Virus record (IMG/VR): IMGVR_UViG_3300044623_001092
From: a virus
Length of the DNA stretch: 64,000 nt
Reading direction: 5' to 3' (one strand)
Below are positions 56,620-64,000 of the stretch, piece by piece. The notes beneath the pieces are model-generated. The model did not search any database, was not told the origin of the DNA, and was given only the letters and a program-made list of their open reading frames with translations. Position numbers and translations under genes: made by a program. Positions within the stretch are counted from its first letter, which is position 1. Each line of letters starts with the position of its first letter.

Positions 56620-57840
56620 ATGGAAGAATTATTTACGTTAGGGAACTTATATGTTTCCGACTTTTTAAAAGATGGTGAATCACCAAGAGGTGGTTCTGTA
56701 GAAATGAAAATGATGTTAGAACCTGAAACGGGTTCTGTTAGATTAGAGAATATCGCACCATTAGATACAATGTACGGTAAATATTGGTATAGGTCAGGTA
56801 TTAATCACACAATGAAGAAAGAATTAAAGTCTATTGTTAATTCAATAACAGATGTTGTATCATTGAAAGAGAATGACTTATGGATTGATATTGCGTGTAA
56901 TGATGGAACATTATTGAGTTACGTTCCTGATAACTTAATTAAAGTTGGGATTGACCCTGTTGATGATTCATTTAAAAAAGAATCTGAAAAACACTCTAAT
57001 TTAATTATTCAGGATTATTTTTCATCAAAAGTATTCCAAGAATCTAAGTTTGGTAACCTTAAAGCTAAGGTTATTACAACAATTGCAATGTTCTATGATT
57101 TAGAAGAACCTAAAAAATTTGTTAATGACATCGTTGAAGTTTTAGATGATAATGGTGTTTGGGTACTACAATTATCGTACACCCCATTAATGATTGAACA
57201 ATTAGCATTTGATAATATATGTCATGAACATGTGTATTATTATTCGTTATTCAACATTCGAAAAATGTTTAAAGAGTGTGGGATTGACGTTGTTGATGTT
57301 CAATTAAACGACACCAATGGTGGGTCTTTTAGAATTTATTGTATGAAAGAAACTGCCGATAAACGTAAATTTGGTACACAACCATATCGTGACGTATGTA
57401 ATTTTAGATTAAATTCTACGTTAGAGTATGAGAAAACATTAGGTTTAGACACCCCAAAAATTTGGTTAGATTTTTATGATAGAATCAATGAACTAAAAGA
57501 AAAAACGGTTTCATTTATTAAAGAGGAGAAAGCCAAAGGTAAAGTTATATGGGGTTATGGTGCGTCAACCAAAGGAAACACATTATTACAATATTTTGGG
57601 TTAGATAACACATTGATAGACGGAATTGCTGAAAGAAGTATTTATAAATTTGGATTAAAAACTGTGGGAACAAATATTCCTATTTATTCTGAGGATGAAA
57701 TGAGAAAGGCTAAACCCGACTATTTGTTGGTATTACCATGGCATTTCATTAACGAATTTATTGAACGAGAATCCGAATTTATAAACAGAGGAGGTAAGTT
57801 CATAGTACCTTGTCCATCTTTTGAAATAATTGGGTTATAA
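56620..57840 (+). CDS. NDP-hexose C3-methyltransferase (TcaB9/TylC3-like)
   Basis: IDIACNDGTLL, GIDP, FDNICHEH..YYS, NGGS.R, GYGASTKGNTLL, LPW. Confidence 0.85.
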   Translation: MEELFTLGNLYVSDFLKDGESPRGGSVEMKMMLEPETGSVRLENIAPLDTMYGKYWYRSGINHTMKKELKSIVNSITDVVSLKENDLWIDIACNDGTLLSYVPDNLIKVGIDPVDDSFKKESEKHSNLIIQDYFSSKVFQESKFGNLKAKVITTIAMFYDLEEPKKFVNDIVEVLDDNGVWVLQLSYTPLMIEQLAFDNICHEHVYYYSLFNIRKMFKECGIDVVDVQLNDTNGGSFRIYCMKETADKRKFGTQPYRDVCNFRLNSTLEYEKTLGLDTPKIWLDFYDRINELKEKTVSFIKEEKAKGKVIWGYGASTKGNTLLQYFGLDNTLIDGIAERSIYKFGLKTVGTNIPIYSEDEMRKAKPDYLLVLPWHFINEFIERESEFINRGGKFIVPCPSFEIIGL

Positions 57841-58751
57841 TGGAAAAGACTTTAGTTACAGGCGGATATGGATTAGTATGTTCTGAATTTACGGGACCTA
57901 ATTATATCCCATTATCATCAAGTGAATGTGATTTAAGAAATAGAAATGAAATTGATAGTATTTTAAATAAAATTAATTTCGATTCAATAATACATTGTGC
58001 TGGTAGAGTTGGTGGTGTTGGAGGTAACATGAGTCGTAAAGGTGAATTTTTTCATGATAACATAATGATGAATACCAATGTTATTGAATCGGCGAGAGTT
58101 CATGGTATTAAAAATTTGGTAGCATTTTTGTCCACATGTATATTTCCTAATCAGATTGATTATCCGTTATCCGAAAATAAAATTCATTTAGGACCACCAC
58201 ATTTTTCAAATGATGCTTACGCATACGCTAAAAGAATGAGTGATATTCAAATACGTGCGTATAAAGAACAATATGGATTAAATTATAAATCGGTAATACC
58301 AACAAACATATATGGTCCAAATGATAATTATGATATACAAGATGGACATGTTATTCCATCATTAATTCATAAATGTTATTTAGCTAAAGAAAATGATACC
58401 CCATTAGTTATTTGGGGTTCAGGAAAACCATTAAGAGAATTTATATTTAGTAGGGATGTTGCAAAATTAACTGAGTGGGTTTTGTATGAATATAATGAAA
58501 CTGAACCGATAATTCTTTCGACATCGGATGAAATATCAATTAAAGAAGTTGTTACCATTATTACTGAAATTATGGATTTTAATGGTGAGATTATTTACGA
58601 CTCAACAAAACCTGATGGTCAATTTAGAAAACCTTCCAATAATTCCAAAATAAAAAAATACTTACCAGAATTCAAATTTACCCCACTTTATGATGGGTTA
58701 AAAGAAACAATAAACTATTTTATAGTTAATTATGAAAACATACGAAAATAA
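57840..58751 (+). CDS. fcl: GDP-L-fucose synthase
   Basis: HCAGRVGG, LSTCIFP, YAYAKR, PTNIYGP.DNY, HVIPSLI, WGSGKPLREF, KPDGQFRK. Confidence 0.9.
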   Translation: MEKTLVTGGYGLVCSEFTGPNYIPLSSSECDLRNRNEIDSILNKINFDSIIHCAGRVGGVGGNMSRKGEFFHDNIMMNTNVIESARVHGIKNLVAFLSTCIFPNQIDYPLSENKIHLGPPHFSNDAYAYAKRMSDIQIRAYKEQYGLNYKSVIPTNIYGPNDNYDIQDGHVIPSLIHKCYLAKENDTPLVIWGSGKPLREFIFSRDVAKLTEWVLYEYNETEPIILSTSDEISIKEVVTIITEIMDFNGEIIYDSTKPDGQFRKPSNNSKIKKYLPEFKFTPLYDGLKETINYFIVNYENIRK

Positions 58752-59718
58752 AATTGCCCTTATAACGGGTATAAATGGACAAGATGGTTCATATCTAACG
58801 GAATTTTTGTTAGATAAAGGTTATGAAGTTCACGGAACTTTAAAAAGGAATTCAGTATCTGAGAATCAAACCTCAAGATTGAATGATGTCTATGATAGAA
58901 TCAAACTTCATTATGCGGATATGACCGATTTATCATCATTAATTCGAGTTATCCAAGAAGTTAATCCTGATGAAATTTATAATTTGGCTGCACAATCTCA
59001 CGTTAGAATATCATTTGACCAACCGTTATACACCGCAAATGTAACGGGTATCGGTACGTTAAATTTATTAGAATCGGTTAAACTAATTAAACCAAATACT
59101 AAAATTTATCAAGCATCATCATCTGAAATGTTTGGTAATAATATTGATGATGATGGTTATCAAAGAGAAACAACACAAATGACACCAGTATCACCATATG
59201 GTTGTGCTAAAGTGTTTAGTTACAATATATCAAGAAACTATAGAAATTCATACAATATGTTTGTGTCTAATGGTATTTTATTTAATCATGAATCACCAAG
59301 ACGTGGGACTAATTTTGTAACTAATAAAGTTTGTAAAGAAGCTGTTAAAATCAAATTAGGTTTAACGGACAAACTTAAATTAGGTAATCTTGATGCGACA
59401 AGGGATTGGGGACACGCTAAAGATTATGTTGAGGCCATGTGGTTAATCTTACAACAAGATAAACCTGATGACTTTGTATGTTCTACAGGGATATCACATT
59501 CGGTGAAAGATTTATGTGAATATGTATTTAAAAAATTAGAGTTAGATTTTAATGAATATGTTACAATGGATGTAAAATTTTTAAGACCTGAAGAATTACG
59601 TGATTTAAAAGGTGATAGTTCGAAATTAAAAAAATTAACAGGATGGGAACATAAATATACGTTTGAAACTATGTTAGATGAAATGATTGAATATTGGCTT
59701 GAATATTACAAACAATAA
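58732..59718 (+). CDS. gmd: GDP-mannose 4,6-dehydratase
   Basis: ALITGINGQDGSYL, YNLAAQSHV, QASSSEMFG, SPYGCAK, LFNHESPRRG, RDWGHAKDYV. Confidence 0.95.
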   Translation: MKTYENKIALITGINGQDGSYLTEFLLDKGYEVHGTLKRNSVSENQTSRLNDVYDRIKLHYADMTDLSSLIRVIQEVNPDEIYNLAAQSHVRISFDQPLYTANVTGIGTLNLLESVKLIKPNTKIYQASSSEMFGNNIDDDGYQRETTQMTPVSPYGCAKVFSYNISRNYRNSYNMFVSNGILFNHESPRRGTNFVTNKVCKEAVKIKLGLTDKLKLGNLDATRDWGHAKDYVEAMWLILQQDKPDDFVCSTGISHSVKDLCEYVFKKLELDFNEYVTMDVKFLRPEELRDLKGDSSKLKKLTGWEHKYTFETMLDEMIEYWLEYYKQ

Positions 59719-59753
59719 AGTATTATTTAAGTATAAAAATTAATTTATAAATT

Positions 59754-60494
59754 ATGGCTAGACCAAAAAAAGTGACTCCGCAGGCTGGTCCTTCGGTGAA
59801 TGAGGAATCAACAAGACCACTCAATAAGAAAGACATTATTGGTAAAATCTTTAAACGAAAACCCAAAGAAAAATTTTTAACGGAAAACCAACGAAAGTAT
59901 TTTGAAATTTTAAAACATAATCAGATTACAATTTGTACAGGTCCAGCGGGTGTTGGTAAGAGTTATGTGGCCATGAATGCCGCATTAACCTTATTATATG
60001 ACCCTGATAATAATTATGAAAAAATCATCATTGTACGACCAGCGGTTGAAGCCGAAGAAAAATTAGGTTCATTACCAGGTAACGTAGAGGAAAAACTTGA
60101 CCCATATATTTTCCCATCTTATTACCTGATGAATAAAATTATTGGTAAAGAATCTAAGGAAAAACTTAAAGAACTTGAATTTGTTGAAGTGTTTGCATTA
60201 GCATACATGAGAGGTATGAATATTGATAATTCGATATTAATCTTTGAGGAGGCTCAAAACTCAACACCTAATCAAATGAAATTGTTATTAACAAGGATTG
60301 GTTATAGTAGTAAATTCTTCATATCAGGTGACTTAGAACAAACGGATAGATACAAAGATAAAAAACAAACAGGACTTTGGGATGCAATTCAGAAACTTAA
60401 AAACGTAAGTGAAATTGGTATTTTTGAATTTGGAAGTGAAGATATTGTCCGTAATCCATTAATTGGTAAAATATTAAATAGATACGAAGAATGA
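59754..60494 (+). CDS. phoH: PhoH-family ATPase
   Basis: GPAGVGKS, RPAVEA.EKLG.LPG, YMRG, EEAQN, SGDLEQ.D, DIVRNPL. Confidence 0.93.
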   Translation: MARPKKVTPQAGPSVNEESTRPLNKKDIIGKIFKRKPKEKFLTENQRKYFEILKHNQITICTGPAGVGKSYVAMNAALTLLYDPDNNYEKIIIVRPAVEAEEKLGSLPGNVEEKLDPYIFPSYYLMNKIIGKESKEKLKELEFVEVFALAYMRGMNIDNSILIFEEAQNSTPNQMKLLLTRIGYSSKFFISGDLEQTDRYKDKKQTGLWDAIQKLKNVSEIGIFEFGSEDIVRNPLIGKILNRYEE

Positions 60495-61084
60495 GAGTTG
60501 GTATTGAAATAAACGGTGTTTTAAGGAACACGTTAGATAAAATAGAACAAACGTATCAAAAGTTTTACATAGATAAAACTGATGGTATTGATGAAGAAAA
60601 TTCTTTTGGATATAAAATAACCACCCCATTTGATTCGTTGGAATTAAAAAACCATTTCTCGTTTCATACTGATGAAGAATTATATTCATTTCTATATGAG
60701 GAATTCCCAATGGAAATCTTTGGTCACGCACAATCATCTGAGTACACATCTTTCAACGATTTAAATGATGTGTACATAAAATTACGTGATTATCATGATT
60801 TTCTTGTTGTTTCAGATGAGATTGGTAGGTCTAAACCAGCGTCACTATTCTTCCTATCAAAATTCGGTTGTCAATTAGAAAAGGTTAAATTTTATAGTAA
60901 TTTGACAATTAATTCAATGTGGGACGAAGTTGATATTTTACTTACATCAAATCCCGCTTTATTATTAGAGTATCCGACCGATAAAATTGTAATAAAGTTT
61001 GAAACTGAATATAATAAAAATATATCAAGTACACATACTATTAAAACGATAAAAGATTTGGAAATTAAATTAAAAGAACTATAA
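60491..61084 (+). CDS. HAD-like 5'-nucleotidase-related protein (possibly degenerate)
   Basis: N-terminal IGIEINGVLR resembles HAD motif I with D-to-E/N changes; ..YN near C-terminus. Confidence 0.5.
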   Translation: MRVGIEINGVLRNTLDKIEQTYQKFYIDKTDGIDEENSFGYKITTPFDSLELKNHFSFHTDEELYSFLYEEFPMEIFGHAQSSEYTSFNDLNDVYIKLRDYHDFLVVSDEIGRSKPASLFFLSKFGCQLEKVKFYSNLTINSMWDEVDILLTSNPALLLEYPTDKIVIKFETEYNKNISSTHTIKTIKDLEIKLKEL

Positions 61085-61086
61085 AG

Positions 61087-61428
61087 ATGTTAAAAATTTT
61101 AAACGAGTACTACTATCTTGACTTAGACAAGATGGAAGAATTGGTCAACATACCAACTAAAGAAAAATCTGAAAGTGTAAAATCTGAAAGTGTAAAATCT
61201 GAAGGTGTGAAATCTGAAGGTGATGATTCTGAGAATGAGGAACTTGATGGTATGACGCAACACATTAGTATTGTTAAATACGATATGTTAAAAGTTATGA
61301 TTGATGTGTTAATGACTGAAAGTGAAGAAGTCGATGAGAAATTAGGACCTAAAAGTACGGAAATTTCAATCCCATTTAAATTAGCGTTTAACACTCTTTT
61401 AAATAAAAAAATAATAAACAAATATTAA
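61087..61428 (+). CDS. hypothetical protein with KSE(S/G)V repeat
   Basis: 113 aa ORF in operon. Confidence 0.7.
   Translation: MLKILNEYYYLDLDKMEELVNIPTKEKSESVKSESVKSEGVKSEGDDSENEELDGMTQHISIVKYDMLKVMIDVLMTESEEVDEKLGPKSTEISIPFKLAFNTLLNKKIINKY
61165..61222. repeat. 15-bp coding tandem repeat, about 4 copies
   Basis: AAATCTGAA(A/G)GTGT(A/G). Confidence 0.85.
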
Positions 61429-61433
61429 ACAAT

Positions 61434-62498
61434 ATGAATCAAGAGAACATTTCAAAATTAGAAGTAGCTATTCAAAAAATGAAAGATAAACAATCGAGAG
61501 TTTATCTTTTAGTTCAAGACACTAAAGGTAATGCTACTGCATCGGTTGCGTATATTTACAGATTGGCGATGGCGTTACATAAGTCAGGGTATAATACTAT
61601 TATATTACATGAGGAATCAGAATACTTTGGGGTATCTACATGGTTAGGACAAGAGTATATGGACGAATTACCACATCAATCAATTAATGGTCAAAACTTA
61701 GAAGTATCACCTGAAGATTTTATTATCATTCCTGAGTTATACGGATATGTTATGAGTCAAATTAGTAAATTACCTTGTGGTAAAATTGTTTTATCTCAAT
61801 CATATGATAGTATCCTTGAGACATTACAACCTGGTGAAACTTGGTCACAATTAGGTTTCTTTAAATGTATAACAACATCTGAAACTCAAAAAGACTATAT
61901 CACCAAATTAATGAGAAACGTATCAATTGATGTTTTGGAACCATACATTTCGGATATGTATTCTAAACCAACATTACCAGCAAAACCTATTGTTTCGGTA
62001 TTAACTCGTGACCAAAGGGACACTATTAATTTAGTGAAAAGTTTTTACATCAAATTTCCACAATATAGATGGATAACTTTCCGTGATATGAGAAACTTAA
62101 CTGAAAAACAATTTGCTGATGGTTTGAAAGATGTTTGTTTGTCAGTATGGATTGACGATATCAGTAGTTATGGTACATACCCATTAGAGTCTATGAAAAC
62201 AGGTGTTCCTGTGTTAGGACTAGTCCCTAATGTAGTGCCATCTTGGTTAAACGAAGGTAACGGATTATGGTCAAATAACAAAGTTCAAGTTGTTGATTTT
62301 GTTGCTGATTACTTACAAAGTTGGTTGGAAGATAACATTGATGAAAAAATTTATGGCGAAATGGATAAAACTGTTTCTGAATTATCAACTAAAGAAAAAT
62401 TCGATACTGAGGCGGTATCACTTATTGAAGGGTATATTAATACTCGTTTAACTTCGTTTGAAGAACAATTATCTAAACTAGAAACAATTGAAGAATAA
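61434..62498 (+). CDS. putative GT-B glycosyltransferase
   Basis: IIIPE, SYGTYPLESMKTGVPV. Confidence 0.65.
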   Translation: MNQENISKLEVAIQKMKDKQSRVYLLVQDTKGNATASVAYIYRLAMALHKSGYNTIILHEESEYFGVSTWLGQEYMDELPHQSINGQNLEVSPEDFIIIPELYGYVMSQISKLPCGKIVLSQSYDSILETLQPGETWSQLGFFKCITTSETQKDYITKLMRNVSIDVLEPYISDMYSKPTLPAKPIVSVLTRDQRDTINLVKSFYIKFPQYRWITFRDMRNLTEKQFADGLKDVCLSVWIDDISSYGTYPLESMKTGVPVLGLVPNVVPSWLNEGNGLWSNNKVQVVDFVADYLQSWLEDNIDEKIYGEMDKTVSELSTKEKFDTEAVSLIEGYINTRLTSFEEQLSKLETIEE

Positions 62499-62499
62499 T

Positions 62500-63312
62500 A
62501 TGGAAAATGTAGAAAAATTTGATGTATCGGTTATTTTACCGATTAAAACTAATAAAACACTTAACTTTGAGGATTATTTCGTAAAATGTATTGAGTCACT
62601 TAAAATTCAAAAATTACCTGTTAATGAATTGGTAATTGTTTATGGTAACGACACAACTTTAGTTGATTATTTAAATTCTTATGATTTTGGCGACATCAAT
62701 GTTAAATTATTAGAGTGGACGGGTGAACCAAATTATGCGGCACAAGTTAACCATGGTGTTAATTCATCTGAATCAACTTGGGTATCATTGTATGAATTTG
62801 ATGATGAATATTCAACAATTTGGTTTAATAACGTTAAAAAGTATTCTGAAGCTTATCCTAATGTTGATGCGTTTTTACCAATCGTTGTTGATACTGACGA
62901 TAAAGGAGTGTTTGCGGGGTTTACTAATGAAGCAACATTTGCGGCGAACTTCTCATCTGAAATGGGGGTATTGACTAATGAAACTCTTCAAGACTATCAG
63001 AACTTTCAATTATCAGGAATGGTGATTAAAAAATCTAAGTTTATTGAGAACGGACTTATTAAACCATCGTTTAAATTAACATTTGGGTATGAGATGTTTT
63101 TACGATTAACTCAAAATGGTGTTAAAATTATGTCAATTCCAAAAATTGGATACAAACATATCAATTTACGTGAAGGTTCAATATTTTGGAATTACAAAAA
63201 TGGTGAACAACCTCTTACAAATGATGAGGTTAGGTTCTGGGTTGAGTCGGCGAAAAAAGAGTATTTCTTTATTAATGACAGAGACATAAAATATGAAGTT
63301 CTTGAAGCTTAA
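62500..63312 (+). CDS. GT2-like glycosyltransferase
   Basis: VSVILPI, Q.N.G, EFDDE, FLRL, GYKH; start moved to ATG 62500. Confidence 0.7.
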   Translation: MENVEKFDVSVILPIKTNKTLNFEDYFVKCIESLKIQKLPVNELVIVYGNDTTLVDYLNSYDFGDINVKLLEWTGEPNYAAQVNHGVNSSESTWVSLYEFDDEYSTIWFNNVKKYSEAYPNVDAFLPIVVDTDDKGVFAGFTNEATFAANFSSEMGVLTNETLQDYQNFQLSGMVIKKSKFIENGLIKPSFKLTFGYEMFLRLTQNGVKIMSIPKIGYKHINLREGSIFWNYKNGEQPLTNDEVRFWVESAKKEYFFINDRDIKYEVLEA

Positions 63313-64000
63313 TGATTGGAGACAATGGATTGACTGGAGATACAACTGTTGAGTTAAAAAAGAAAGGTAGGAAACCAAAACAAGCAAACTATTTTGATGT
63401 TCAGGAGGAATTAGCGGTAATAAATTTTTTATCCGCTGAGACCTACGAAGAAAAAAATAAAATTTATAATGAATTCCTAAAAAAACCTTTAGATAAGATG
63501 ATTTCGTCAATTATTAGACGATACAAATTATACAGAAAAGATATGGACTTTTACGAAATCCATATAGACACTCACTCGTTTTTAATGACTAAAATTGATA
63601 AGTTTAAACCTGCAAAGGAAAAAAAAGCTTATTCTTATTTTGGAACAATATGTAAAAACTATTTAATGGGTCAAATTATTAAAGACCAAAAAGAAATGAA
63701 CAGAAAGATTTCTTATGAAGATATCTCAAGTGATTTGGAAAATAGTGAACGATTCGCTTATTATATTGAGAAAGATACTTTAGATTATGGGAGTGTTATT
63801 ACTAAATTTTTAATCGAGCTGGAAACATTTATTCAGAATGAAAAATTATCTGAGAACGAAAGAAAGTTAGGTTTAGCCTTATATGATTTGTTTGAGAATT
63901 ATGAAAGTATTTTTATTGGTAATGATAATAATAAATTTAATAAAAATATCGTATTGTTATCTTTAAGAGAGATGACAAATCTATCAACAAAAGAAATTAG
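63312..64000 (+). CDS. phage sigma factor (gp55-like late sigma), partial
   Basis: TAATG-coupled start; ..NYF...KIDKFKPAKEKKAYSYFGTICKNYLMGQI resembles sigma region 2.3-2.4; open to window end. Confidence 0.75.
   Translation, partial: MIGDNGLTGDTTVELKKKGRKPKQANYFDVQEELAVINFLSAETYEEKNKIYNEFLKKPLDKMISSIIRRYKLYRKDMDFYEIHIDTHSFLMTKIDKFKPAKEKKAYSYFGTICKNYLMGQIIKDQKEMNRKISYEDISSDLENSERFAYYIEKDTLDYGSVITKFLIELETFIQNEKLSENERKLGLALYDLFENYESIFIGNDNNKFNKNIVLLSLREMTNLSTKEI

Noticed and set aside
32476-63312. Giant eukaryotic virus or host LPS island
   Set aside because: Contractile tail genes and sigma-type promoters argue against an NCLDV; no flippase, Wzy or membrane initiator GT as expected for an O-antigen locus
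1-64000. Stop-codon reassignment as in some jumbo phages
   Set aside because: Genes are intact in the standard code, and TAG (48293, 48956) and TGA (23784) end genes at sensible positions
1-64000. tRNA or rRNA genes
   Set aside because: Intergenic gaps are short and AT-rich and no cloverleaf was recognised by eye; tRNAscan-SE would confirm

Overview
This window is 64 kb of a strongly AT-rich, gene-dense jumbo myophage genome of T4-like architecture, read in the standard genetic code. All protein assignments are by-eye motif recognition; no database searches were run. 1-26.8 kb is a virion morphogenesis region: giant baseplate hub, LysM protein, tube-initiator-like protein with an inserted OmpA-like domain, tape measure, tail chaperone pair with a candidate +1 frameshift, tail tube, HAD protein, tail sheath and neck/tail-completion proteins. 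A SNF2 helicase, an SOD-nuclease fusion and a family B DNA polymerase (26.9-29.7 kb) are interspersed. 29.8-46.2 kb holds Thr/Pro-rich, mucin-like putative virion-surface proteins that bracket an eight-gene glycosyl/methyl-transferase operon headed by a GT60 (Gnt1/TcOGNT-type) GlcNAc transferase. 49-63 kb is a second glycan block (gmd, fcl, a GMD-like SDR, a sugar C-methyltransferase, FkbM, several GTs) plus dUTPase, an exonuclease and PhoH. The window ends in a gp55-like sigma factor. A TATTTAT(A) motif precedes nearly all structural genes. The main hypothesis is a phage-encoded mucin-type O-glycosylation system that coats the virion, with dedicated mucin acceptors, a Thr tract grafted into the tail sheath and a candidate [ST]-G-x-[ST] sequon.
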